Assembly (NCBI GenBank): GCA_947623945.1
Contig: CANQHU010000001.1
Location: 102,585 to 166,584 of the forward strand
From: an uncultured Clostridia bacterium
GTDB lineage: Bacteria; Bacillota; Clostridia; TANB77; CAG-508
Reading direction: 5' to 3'
DNA length: 64,000 bases
Part shown: piece after piece, positions 9,901 to 18,509 of the stretch
Layout: each line of letters opens with the position of its first letter
How positions within the stretch are numbered: the stretch's first letter is position 1
Program-made: the position numbers and the translations under genes
Notes under the pieces: model-generated
The model's database searches: none
Seen by the model: the letters and a program-made list of their open reading frames with translations, nothing else
What the model was told of the DNA's origin: nothing

Positions 9901-11580
9901 AGTAGTGGTGCAAAAGCAAATCGTGCATGGTATGATAATTTAACAGGTAGTGAAAATCCAAAACATTATACAGATGGTGAAGTTGGAAAGGACAGATGCT
10001 TTTTATATACTGTATATGTGCCTCGAATGGACTATACTTATACTTTTAATGAAAATTTGCCTGCATCGGCTGCTACCCGAGGGCAACACGCGACAAATAT
10101 GCCGGATAATATTACGAGATTAGCGGAAAATACCGTCGGGTCACCAAATCGAACACCAAAATTGCACGGATATGTATTTTTAGGCTGGAGTTATTCCCCA
10201 AGTGGCCCTGTCAATTTTAACTCCGCGGAAATAATGTACTCTAACAAGACCATATATGCTATCTGGCGCCCAATGGAATACTATGTGATTTATGACGCCA
10301 ATGGTGGAACGAATTTTGACCATTATAACGGAGAGTATACACAAAATGTAACAAGTGGAACGACCGGTGGTTCTCCACACGCGTGCTCCGCAGGCGGAAC
10401 CGGACGAGAGCAGAAATTTCAGTACGATACACCGGGCACTATCGCCGCTTGTGGCTATCAGCGGGCAGGATTTAATTTCATTTGTTGGAATACGACACCG
10501 GCCGGTAATGATGACCACCAGAATACGCTTAACTATACGACTTTTAAGAGAAGTGATTTTGTTGTTCCCGCAGGGGAGCAAGTGTATTATGGGCCGCCAA
10601 GTTATAGTAACTTACCAGACCGATTGGGGTTGGAACCGGTTGACCAGATGCATATTACTGTTTATGCACAATGGAATAAAGTACCGGGAACAGAAACATT
10701 AACCGTGGTTTCAGAGGAAACTGGAAACCCAGTTCCAAATGTGACGGTCACCTTACACTATGGACAGGCAGGAACACAGAATTCTCATACGATTGGAGAC
10801 GATTCTTCATATAATGTGGCGAATTGGTCGCCAAATAGCTCAGGTGGCGTCTATCATGGTTGGGATAACCCGACGAATGCCGGAAATTATACCCTTACGA
10901 CCAATGCGGCCGGGCAGATTACCGTGGGCGATTTACTCTGGTATGATTATCAGTGGCAGAATGTTTCGGTGCCTGAGGGTTATCTGGACTTTGGTTGGGA
11001 CCCATACAATCGAAGTACACTAGAGGCAACACTTGGAAAAACAGCCGGAAAGGTCAATTTGACCGACAGCTATGATACCATTAATCCGACAGCTCGAAAT
11101 GGACGAACTTTCTTTATTCATGGAACGCATTTGTCGGAATTGAATACCAGAGTGCTTTATATGAAGCACGTCAAGCTCACCTTAAACAGCACGATACGGG
11201 ATATTTACAATGACCCCGGAAAGGGATTGATTAAGGGAGAAAACCCACCCGCCTTTATGTACCATATTTCCGGTACGGATGTGGCTGGTGTAGCACATGA
11301 ATACAATGTTATGGTGCAGACAAACAAAGACTTGACGCCTATCAGCGGACAGAATTTGGTACCGGATATGTTTGCCGGAACCTATCAGATTACGCAGATA
11401 CCGGTATCCCGTTATGAGCCATTGACGGCGATTAATAACAGCAACACCGTACCAAATGGGATTAATGCAACAGCGAATATCATTGTACCAGACAGTGCCG
11501 AGGCCACATTCCCATACCAGATTAAACAATACGGTGGATTTGGAGCAGTTACTTCTGCAACCAATCATCAAGACCACTAA
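6991..11580 (+). CDS. giant secreted multidomain protein: subtilisin-like S8 peptidase domain plus Listeria-Bacteroides-type repeats plus SpaA/Cna-B-like domain (putative adhesin/protease)
   Basis: GTG start after a GGAGGTGA RBS, with a signal peptide (..SVQA-AP). S8 triad-like boxes IALIDSGV, GNGHGTVM, IINLSLSG and ASSTSEATA. GY.F.GW repeats (HGYVFLGWSYSP; AGFNFICWNTTPAG). Prealbumin-like TLTVVSEETGNPVPNVTVTL...YTLTTNAAGQITVGDL. Confidence 0.8.
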   Translation: MRTHRKVAAFLLAAVMLVSSMSVQAAPPIVGQPSVTAKETPNVVGKTTTSEVKETPNVVGKTTETKETPNVVGKATTEAKETPNVVTTEASTAVTTETTTEITTEAAIEETEGREPEEEEVTKTLLMEAPERDKIPKNANIIDNIDDMYLISFDTQKEAIKAYEEYGSGKGSYKASINTSFRVATEISKTKDTPNDILDENVFSNIDTEPKSSIVRIGNTETIALIDSGVPQNQSNVEMTSVLSNDEGVDGNGHGTVMLETIRNINPNVKVLSIKAIDDTGFGDAASVYAAIEYAIERKVSIINLSLSGDATEGNLAIESAIQDAVNAGIRVIGAAGNNGNDAKYYVPGSIRNVIVLGACDSLGNRIFTSNYGPSVDYFGEASSTSEATAKFSATLALNDGDIGKTELKFFKNEENFTNNAAPMVEGTDGLEPAGTVIDSATEAFKGPGNVRKMDGDSSSNGKPIYVFHDWMAKSYFDFVDANKSHPIILIQGDYNEEEDAAPIYRSDKNGDWSDKADECMDGSKTVQKQTLKGGPSDDYKLLRCTGSVDNDAVQIVYNQGDAPEHTSGVGFSSMGTVFYIQRPEVNKNDTDTSIDLNEYFVLPWVAANTATGERTHLIINITHYEWHAAHVTGDKGEQKSVETVTNAGKGITKLPLFAVTLNGEFHFYGGVNRAEYCESHSNYGDVNAYVKITYNLIIPDVPEDSAVMYAFRDIDQEMESLTITNPMSDLSVGSKAFDHGSTVEGKSYKSSNHGSLVITKDGTGANATFKIDNGKTTGDDESSSNDDESETGTGFSLFVDAPKTKITWTGHNCGTQMGEQTKPIVEKVQTLYQRPDGAYGKDYNITYANDQYYKNDNVNMRAKVKAWYLCPCSKFNGYTERYQPCTYDDYDGDDYDVIDDYLTAEDLRDNDFLLSAQSPYKIYRTDLDTGNLNSTYYTNQYTNPTLSPPAKTLPTISAPWDVNAHPTNQSSGAKANRAWYDNLTGSENPKHYTDGEVGKDRCFLYTVYVPRMDYTYTFNENLPASAATRGQHATNMPDNITRLAENTVGSPNRTPKLHGYVFLGWSYSPSGPVNFNSAEIMYSNKTIYAIWRPMEYYVIYDANGGTNFDHYNGEYTQNVTSGTTGGSPHACSAGGTGREQKFQYDTPGTIAACGYQRAGFNFICWNTTPAGNDDHQNTLNYTTFKRSDFVVPAGEQVYYGPPSYSNLPDRLGLEPVDQMHITVYAQWNKVPGTETLTVVSEETGNPVPNVTVTLHYGQAGTQNSHTIGDDSSYNVANWSPNSSGGVYHGWDNPTNAGNYTLTTNAAGQITVGDLLWYDYQWQNVSVPEGYLDFGWDPYNRSTLEATLGKTAGKVNLTDSYDTINPTARNGRTFFIHGTHLSELNTRVLYMKHVKLTLNSTIRDIYNDPGKGLIKGENPPAFMYHISGTDVAGVAHEYNVMVQTNKDLTPISGQNLVPDMFAGTYQITQIPVSRYEPLTAINNSNTVPNGINATANIIVPDSAEATFPYQIKQYGGFGAVTSATNHQDH
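7102..7248 (+). repeat. in-frame tandem coding repeat (KETPNVV[G/V]K.TT x4)
   Basis: Four imperfect copies of AAAGAGAC[A/G]CCGAATGT[G/A]GT.. sit directly after the signal peptide of the giant protein. Confidence 0.85.
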
Positions 11581-11620
11581 GAGGAGTGATGGATATGGGC
11601 GGAGATTAATCTCACATAAA

Positions 11621-11652
11621 GGGGCGCATCGTAAGATGTGTCCCTTTTTTTT
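11621..11652 (+). terminator. intrinsic terminator after the giant surface protein gene
   Basis: 10-bp stem GGGGCGCATC/GATGTGTCCC (with G-U pairs), GTAA loop, followed by T8. Confidence 0.75.
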
Positions 11653-11656
11653 CTTC

Positions 11657-11753
11657 TAAGAAAAATTCGTTTTTTTTTGCCCTTGCCCTACGGCAAGGGC
11701 AATTCTTCGGGGACTAAGTCCCCGAACCCCTTTATATCTACGAATTTTTCTTA
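11657..11753 (+). promoter_or_regulatory. structured intergenic element, copy A (outer 14-bp stem enclosing two hairpins plus a CCCC box)
   Basis: TAAGAAAAATTCGT (11657-70) pairs perfectly with ACGAATTTTTCTTA (11740-53). Inner hairpin 1 is TTGCCCTTGCC-CTAC-GGCAAGGGCAA. Inner hairpin 2 is TTCGGGGAC-TAA-GTCCCCGAA followed by CCCCTTTA. The same architecture occurs at 24693 and 49571. Confidence 0.7.
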
Positions 11754-11831
11754 TCATTTTTTTTATTTTTTTATTCAGGTAAAAGTAATGAATTTTCAGG
11801 GAGTTTATTTTTTTTGGGGAAAGGAGACGCT

Positions 11832-12701
11832 ATGACGACAATTGACACGCTGATTGCCATCAAGAAGCAATCGAATACCGATGATATTATTCGATTTTTA
11901 GATGAGCTAATCACTTATGAGAAACTATCCAAACTTCCGGCTTTTCAGGATTTGGAGCATTCAGAAGCGGCGAAAAAGAAACTGCCGCTCTTATCTGCCG
12001 TATATCAAAATGAATTCTATGCGCTGGCGATTGCAGAAATGGCAGAATCCATTTTGGCCTATTTGGAAGAAGACATTCCACCGGTGTTACACGACCGGTT
12101 ACAGGCATTGACGCCAAAACAGGTTCATAAGTTAAATATTATGATGAAAGGCGTTTTGGAGGTCAGTTATCACCCGTTAGAGGAATATGTGCCGGACATC
12201 ATGGCCGAGGATGTCATTGCGGTGTTTGAAAGTGAGCGCCCCAATGAGGAGACGGAGGAAAATGCCTTGCTCATTTTGGTCAAGCCGGAACAGTCAAGGA
12301 TTTATTCCATTTATCAGGGACATTACAATCCCGGAGCAAAAGAGCGGAAATCACCGGCCTTTGATAAAATCAAACCTTATGTGCATACGGAATCGGACGG
12401 CTCAACATTGACTATTTCTCATTATTCCTTACTGGGAAACAATGGCTATGTGTTTGCAATTTACACGAAAGCAGGCACGGACTATCAGGTATTGATGCCA
12501 TATCACGATACGATATGGTTGTTGAATTCCGGGATTTGTGAGCAGGTCGTGAAATTGGATTTAACCCAGTGTAATGAGTTAGCACTGGCCAAGACGAAGG
12601 TTGCTGAGTTTGCGGCGACAATCGCAAAATTTATCAGAGAGGGGAGGGAGGCGGATGCGGCACTTGAAGAAAGTTCCGGACGCAGCAATTCGGGAGATTG
12701 A
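11832..12701 (+). CDS. hypothetical protein, first gene of the E2/SNF2/HIRAN/E1/JAB cassette
   Basis: GAAAGGAGA RBS lies 7 nt before the ATG at 11832. No motif recognised. Its 3' end overlaps the next gene by 47 nt. Confidence 0.65.
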   Translation: MTTIDTLIAIKKQSNTDDIIRFLDELITYEKLSKLPAFQDLEHSEAAKKKLPLLSAVYQNEFYALAIAEMAESILAYLEEDIPPVLHDRLQALTPKQVHKLNIMMKGVLEVSYHPLEEYVPDIMAEDVIAVFESERPNEETEENALLILVKPEQSRIYSIYQGHYNPGAKERKSPAFDKIKPYVHTESDGSTLTISHYSLLGNNGYVFAIYTKAGTDYQVLMPYHDTIWLLNSGICEQVVKLDLTQCNELALAKTKVAEFAATIAKFIREGREADAALEESSGRSNSGD

Positions 12702-13314
12702 AACGGCACACGCCAGAGCGATACGGGCGGTTATGGAAAATTATCATGCCCTTTGTAATCTGCCGGTACGGCCGGCGAAAATGTCACTGTATCGAAACGG
12801 CGACGCCACTTTGGAGACAACAGTGGTTCCGGCAACCAGTGTATTTTTATCGCCAAACAATCCCTTTTTGGGAGACGGAATATTGAATCGGGACGCTCTC
12901 ACCTATTTTGTAAAAGGGACGGACATTGCATTCCCCCTTGGTCATGTGTATCGTGGCAGTGGGAATTTGTGTCTGGGCAGCATCTTTGTTCCGTCACAGG
13001 TATCCATTTATAATCCGGCACAGCCGTTGGAAACCTTATTTCTACACAACGATAGAAACTTAAGTCACGGAAATGCCGAATTAACGGTCAACAAAGACCA
13101 ATGGATGAATATCAAAGAGCTTTTATACGACAGGGGCTATACCTTGTCTCCTGAAGTGGAGAATGAATTTCAGCCAAACGAATCTTTATTGCGGCGTGAT
13201 ACTATCTGGAAGCTGGGAGCAGAGCTGTTACAGCAGTATCCATTTATGGAAGTGATGCGCACAATGACACTGATTTACGATATTATCTTTAATAAAAACG
13301 GAGGGAAAAAATGA
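12655..13314 (+). CDS. prokaryotic E2/UBC-like protein (putative)
   Basis: GGAGGGAGG RBS before the ATG at 12655. The motif FPLGHVYRGSGNLCLGSIF resembles the UBC active-site HPN..G.ICL box with a candidate catalytic Cys. Size and context match E2-like members of ThiF/JAB cassettes. Confidence 0.5.
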   Translation: MRHLKKVPDAAIREIETAHARAIRAVMENYHALCNLPVRPAKMSLYRNGDATLETTVVPATSVFLSPNNPFLGDGILNRDALTYFVKGTDIAFPLGHVYRGSGNLCLGSIFVPSQVSIYNPAQPLETLFLHNDRNLSHGNAELTVNKDQWMNIKELLYDRGYTLSPEVENEFQPNESLLRRDTIWKLGAELLQQYPFMEVMRTMTLIYDIIFNKNGGKK

Positions 13315-14492
13315 AAAAGTATGTATCTCTGCTGGAGACAGCGGCCAATATTAGAAAAATACTGGGAAAGGTATCTTACCGAAAAGTATTACAATCACCG
13401 GTATTAGAGCCACCACATAGACCAGCGATTGCTCATCCTTATTATTATAATAGTGGGGAAATAATGAATGACGAAGATTTGGACCCTCGCCCCTATCTGT
13501 TGAGCGAGAGTGAAACTGACCCGTCTGTCCGAAAGCTGATGTTGCGAAAGCCCCCCTATTTGGCACATCGTTATCCTTACTTTTGTGTGGAAGAGGACGG
13601 AATGCAGGTATCCCAGTTGTCTATCAGCAATTTGGTGTTTGATGTACCTCATATTGCAGAATTAGAGTGGTTAAAGAAGACAAATCCATATCAATTCCCG
13701 GAAAACGAGCGGTTATGGGAATATTTGGAATTGAGTTCGTATGTGTTGTTATTTACCTATCGGATGTTCCTAACTCTATTTGACGCCACTGGTATCACGG
13801 AGTTGGATAACCCAGTGACGATTCAGGACACCGTTGTGGCAAACACGCCTTTGGATTTTCTCACAGAAACGCATTGGTGGAAAGTCCATGAATGGGATAC
13901 GGAAGAAAATCCGGATATTATCTGGAGTGAAATGAAGAAACAATATCAGGAACATTTTACCTTTCATGCAACTTATCCGGTTTTGTATAAAAATATGGTC
14001 AATTCATGGGTGTTCGCCCCTGCATCATCTGCTGATATCTGGGCACTGATTAATCGTTCGATTGATGAAAATAATGGTGCAACACAGGCAGACCGAAATC
14101 CATTGGCACAGGCAAACATCTGGTTGGCGATTTTCGGGCAGTTGGAAATCGAAGACACACAATGTAAGAACTTGTCATGGACAGATTATCAGAGTTATAA
14201 GTTAGCTTTTCCACGCTATATCACTGCACAGTTACGCGCTGTATTAAGGGATATTGAACCGAATAGTAATTTTGCTTATGGTTATTTCAATCATACCGGC
14301 TATCAGTTCCGGCAAGGTGGAGAAGACAATATTGTAATGGGTGTGATGCGTCGGTGGTATGATGATAAGTTAAAAGACTATGCGAAACAAAACCCGGTAG
14401 ATTTGGAGGTCAATGATTTAACCAATATTCATGATGAGTTGCCAAATGTCCGTGTTGTATTAAATGCATCAAAATTATCATGGACAAGTTAG
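13311..14492 (+). CDS. hypothetical protein (cassette member)
   Basis: ATGA overlap with the upstream gene. 393 aa with no recognised motif. Confidence 0.6.
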   Translation: MKKYVSLLETAANIRKILGKVSYRKVLQSPVLEPPHRPAIAHPYYYNSGEIMNDEDLDPRPYLLSESETDPSVRKLMLRKPPYLAHRYPYFCVEEDGMQVSQLSISNLVFDVPHIAELEWLKKTNPYQFPENERLWEYLELSSYVLLFTYRMFLTLFDATGITELDNPVTIQDTVVANTPLDFLTETHWWKVHEWDTEENPDIIWSEMKKQYQEHFTFHATYPVLYKNMVNSWVFAPASSADIWALINRSIDENNGATQADRNPLAQANIWLAIFGQLEIEDTQCKNLSWTDYQSYKLAFPRYITAQLRAVLRDIEPNSNFAYGYFNHTGYQFRQGGEDNIVMGVMRRWYDDKLKDYAKQNPVDLEVNDLTNIHDELPNVRVVLNASKLSWTS

Positions 14493-14503
14493 GGAGGTAG
14501 AAT

Positions 14504-15463
14504 ATGAACGCAGTGAGAATTTTAGAGTTAGATGTCAGGCGTCCGACTTGGACGAAAGTAGCCGATGATTTGGGTGGTTTTATCGACGAGATGATACGGG
14601 AAATCCGTTCGATTCCCTTTTATAAAACCAATGACGGTTATCGGTATGCAGGGCATTTATTAAAAGACCCGGTGACCGGGAAAAACTGTTATACCTTTCT
14701 CTTTGGCGAGGAAGCCATTGAGGAAGAGGACGGTGAGCTTTCTGTTGCTATTCGAGATATTTATTTGTCTGCGATTGACAAATTAAATGCACTTGTCATT
14801 TCGGAAGAGGATTTTGAGACTTGGACAACCTTTCATAAGGAAAGTCCGAGCATTGTTTCTTATCATCGAATATTGGAATCCATTGGAGAAGATATCTTGT
14901 TAAGTTATCTGTTTGGACTGCCGACCAAATGGCAGCCGGAAGAGACGCCGATTTCTAATCCACAGGAAATTTGGGACAAGCAATATCCCAATGATGTGAC
15001 CGATATGATGATAAAAGAATGGGACGATTCTCAGCGGAAAAATCAGCCAATGAATAGTCGAATGGTAATGCGGCAGTCCATTCGGAGAAACAGCGAATTG
15101 ACTCAGGAGCTATTGTTTTTGGACAAATCGGCAACCTGTACACTCAAGAAAACCGTCGTACAGCGTTCCGGAGATGTCGTATTGAATCATAACAATCCGT
15201 TTGCAGATGTGTCTATCAAAGAACAGCACTTTGTTTATGGCTCGGTTATGGGTCAATTTGAAGCGTTGGGACTTACCACAAGCCATACGGTGACCAAGCA
15301 GGCAAAAGATTTGCAAAGGTCATATTTTGTGTTACAGCCGGGCTTCAAGATTAAGAAAGAGAAACTCGATAATATGAAGCAGACACAGGATGTATTATTT
15401 GATGATACGATTTCAACAGAAATTGTACAGCAGGACAATAATATCTATGTGTATATCGACTAA
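14504..15463 (+). CDS. hypothetical protein (cassette member)
   Basis: AGGGAGG RBS. 319 aa with no recognised motif. Confidence 0.6.
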   Translation: MNAVRILELDVRRPTWTKVADDLGGFIDEMIREIRSIPFYKTNDGYRYAGHLLKDPVTGKNCYTFLFGEEAIEEEDGELSVAIRDIYLSAIDKLNALVISEEDFETWTTFHKESPSIVSYHRILESIGEDILLSYLFGLPTKWQPEETPISNPQEIWDKQYPNDVTDMMIKEWDDSQRKNQPMNSRMVMRQSIRRNSELTQELLFLDKSATCTLKKTVVQRSGDVVLNHNNPFADVSIKEQHFVYGSVMGQFEALGLTTSHTVTKQAKDLQRSYFVLQPGFKIKKEKLDNMKQTQDVLFDDTISTEIVQQDNNIYVYID

Positions 15464-15477
15464 TGGAGGGAAAACCC

Positions 15478-18465
15478 ATGAATTTGTATGTGAGCGATGT
15501 TGCCGTGGACGGAATGTCACATTATTTTGTTCGTCACGGTGGCTTATTGGTTGTAAAGCGAGACGGTGAGGCGCCATTTATATTAATGCACCATACCGAG
15601 CTTGGCAAAGCCGAGGGAAATAACATCTATGATACGAACGGCAATTCAGATACCAATATTTCCATTTATGGAGATTTGGTGGAGGGCCGTACCTTTGCGG
15701 ATTTACAAGAAAATGACACCTTATTATATCTGCGGGATGTACCGAGCAGTTATTATCGGATGTCCGAAGTAATAGGTGCGTTTCATATGCAGTTTTATCA
15801 GAATAACAGCGGCTTATTATTGCCGTTTGAGGCGAAATCAAATGCCCTTGCCATTGCAGCAGGGTTTGAGACCAGCCCCTGCATTTTCATTTGTGACAAC
15901 AAGCAAAAAGAACTGGTGCATCAGGTAGCGCAAATCTTGAGAAAGGCAAATGCTATCTATGACAAAGATAACAGCTATCGCACGATTATGTTGAAACAAG
16001 GTGATAGTGTGAAGTCTATGTCGTTATTGTCCTTGCTGGCCATACAAGACGAGTCCTTACACAGCACATTGACCGCTTTGTTGTTGAGCTTTTCTGCCTA
16101 TGTCAACAGCCATAATACGCTGGAAAGACTGTTGGAGCTTTGTCAGTTTGACGAGCCTTTCTCCTTACTCACGCAAGAGGAACAGGTAGAGGCGTTTATT
16201 CAGTTTTCTAAGCTAGTGGCGGACCAGAAAGAAGAAATGGTGCCGGATAGTTTGTTATCTGCCATTTCCAGCTCAAAAGAATATGAGCAGGTCAAAGTCA
16301 AAATGGAAGAAAATGGTCTGGGGTTATCTCAAACGCAGCAGTTTAATGTATTGCAGCAGGTTGGATTCTTCAGTGACCGGCGGGACCAGAACATTCTGTA
16401 TAATTTATCCGATATGGGTGCCGGAAAGACCTTGATGACCGTGGAGGCTATTTATCTGTTGGATTTAAAACAGATAAGCAACTGGAAACAGAATTTGGAG
16501 AGTACGGTGCCGGAGGATGTGACGGTAACAGGCATTACATTGCCGGATAAGCATATCATTGCGCCGACTTTATCGGTAAAGTCTTCTTGGATTGATACCT
16601 TTAAGTTATTCTATGAGGTAACTCCGACGGACAATGAATTCCGGTATGAATTATCCATAACCTTTGACGGTGTGACAGCAACTTCTACCATCTATGTGTC
16701 ACCCTTTACCGTGAAGAATGGAAATATCTTTGCCGGAGGTGAGACCTTACCGGGTGCATTTTCAGGCACTTATCTCATTATTGATGAGATACATCAGTTG
16801 GTAAAGAAGAAGATTGCAAAGACAAAATTCTTCCCATCAAATACCAATCCGAGTGACTGGTATAAGATTTTTGTTTTATCCGGTACGATGTCCAATATGC
16901 AGACGAGGGAGTGGCTTAATTTCATTCGTTTTATGGGCTTACCGCTTTCCAGCTATATGACTAATTCCGGAGCTTTAACCAATACGGAATGTGCGAAACG
17001 GGCAGAGGAACGAGCCAGTGCATTAGAGACTTCCATTCGGGACGCTGCGAACAACATTCAGACAGAGGCACATCGGTATCTGGACGCAGACAATGTATGC
17101 GAGGATAATTATTATGATACCCCATCTATGAAGCAGACAGCGCCGGAAGAGTATTTCTTTTCGCTTTACGGCAATCAGATATTGAAGCCAAAAGCGCATT
17201 TGTTGTCCGACACGGGTATTTCCGTGGAAGAACTGTTTTCTCCGGACCATCGGTCATTTCTCTTGGAAAGTGCCCCGAATGAGAGCGACAACATCAATTT
17301 CGAGCTGTTCTACAATCTGGTTGGATGTCGTGCTGTCACAGCACAGTCTATGCAGGTAGCCGAAGAGTTGTTTGGTGAGCAGAAGACGCAGCACACATCG
17401 GATATTATCAAGACGATATCCCCATTATCCAAAGAAGATATTGAACTGTTAAAAATTCTGCATCACATTGCAGAGGATTATAATCAGTATAAGTCTCTAC
17501 ACATTGCAACCGCTATCAACAATGCCATTTTGAACTTAAACGACGGATTGCAGAAGAAAAACATCTATGAACTGGTGTCAGAATTTGCAGACCGGAATGT
17601 GAGATTTTTGGAATATCTGGCGTCCTTGGACATTGACCTGTTGGAGCAGTTACCAAAGTCTGGATTGATTCAGATGCCAGAATTGCAGGATACCGATAAG
17701 TTCAAGATATTGAAAGATATCTTGGAACGGGAGAAAGACGAAACCCATCTGATTGTGGTCAACGATTATACTGCGTTAAAGACCTTGTCAGAGGCATTGG
17801 ATATTTCCTACATCACAAAAGAGCAGTTAGCCAACGAGCTGAATTACCAAGAGGTATTGGACGCTCTCTTTGAAAAACAGTCAATTGTGATTGTGACCCA
17901 GTCCATGATTAAATCATCTTTGGATTTGGTACAGGCCAATCGTCTGGTGCAGTACCAGTTGAATACGGAAATCAGCGACATCATTCAGACGCAGAACCGT
18001 ATCAACCGTATCGGACAGACCAGAGAGACCAGAGGTTATTACATTGCGTCCGACCAGTTACAGGAAAACTTGATTGAGTTGTTCTTGGAAAGTTATCGGA
18101 ATATCCGGGTAGCTCACAAGGGTATTGTAGAGCTGTTTACTGATATTACCAGTCAGATTAATGTGGTCAACGACTACTTAAATCAGGCATTTGCCAATAT
18201 GGAAACCGATTCGGAGGAGGAAGAGGAAGAAGAGCCATGGCTCTTACAGCCAAATCCACTGCCGGAGGGTTTGGACCACAAGGGTGTGTCAAACGCCGTG
18301 TTGTATCCGCAGGACGGTCAGGTACTGGTATTGGTACCGTTGCCGGATGGAAAAGCCTTTCCTCTTGGCACATTAAATCCCAATATGGATTGGGTACGGG
18401 AAGTGACAGCGCCACAAAAGATTTTGTGGAATATGGAAACCAATAAACTGGAGCAGGCAGGTTGA
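15478..18465 (+). CDS. SNF2-family (SF2) ATPase/helicase
   Basis: Motif I DMGAGKTL, motif II LIIDEIHQL, motif III VLSGTMSN, motif VI QTQNRINRIGQTRE. GGAGG lies 8 nt before the ATG at 15478; an alternative ATG at 15463 overlaps the upstream stop. Confidence 0.85.
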   Translation: MNLYVSDVAVDGMSHYFVRHGGLLVVKRDGEAPFILMHHTELGKAEGNNIYDTNGNSDTNISIYGDLVEGRTFADLQENDTLLYLRDVPSSYYRMSEVIGAFHMQFYQNNSGLLLPFEAKSNALAIAAGFETSPCIFICDNKQKELVHQVAQILRKANAIYDKDNSYRTIMLKQGDSVKSMSLLSLLAIQDESLHSTLTALLLSFSAYVNSHNTLERLLELCQFDEPFSLLTQEEQVEAFIQFSKLVADQKEEMVPDSLLSAISSSKEYEQVKVKMEENGLGLSQTQQFNVLQQVGFFSDRRDQNILYNLSDMGAGKTLMTVEAIYLLDLKQISNWKQNLESTVPEDVTVTGITLPDKHIIAPTLSVKSSWIDTFKLFYEVTPTDNEFRYELSITFDGVTATSTIYVSPFTVKNGNIFAGGETLPGAFSGTYLIIDEIHQLVKKKIAKTKFFPSNTNPSDWYKIFVLSGTMSNMQTREWLNFIRFMGLPLSSYMTNSGALTNTECAKRAEERASALETSIRDAANNIQTEAHRYLDADNVCEDNYYDTPSMKQTAPEEYFFSLYGNQILKPKAHLLSDTGISVEELFSPDHRSFLLESAPNESDNINFELFYNLVGCRAVTAQSMQVAEELFGEQKTQHTSDIIKTISPLSKEDIELLKILHHIAEDYNQYKSLHIATAINNAILNLNDGLQKKNIYELVSEFADRNVRFLEYLASLDIDLLEQLPKSGLIQMPELQDTDKFKILKDILEREKDETHLIVVNDYTALKTLSEALDISYITKEQLANELNYQEVLDALFEKQSIVIVTQSMIKSSLDLVQANRLVQYQLNTEISDIIQTQNRINRIGQTRETRGYYIASDQLQENLIELFLESYRNIRVAHKGIVELFTDITSQINVVNDYLNQAFANMETDSEEEEEEEPWLLQPNPLPEGLDHKGVSNAVLYPQDGQVLVLVPLPDGKAFPLGTLNPNMDWVREVTAPQKILWNMETNKLEQAG

Positions 18466-18509
18466 GTAATTCAACCTGTCCGTTCTTTCTCAGAAGGGAG
18501 AAAAAGAAT

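Noticed and set aside
10180-11023. Several 87-133-aa ORFs on both strands inside the giant gene.
   Set aside because: They are embedded in a continuous 1529-aa frame with recognisable domains and have no independent translation signals.
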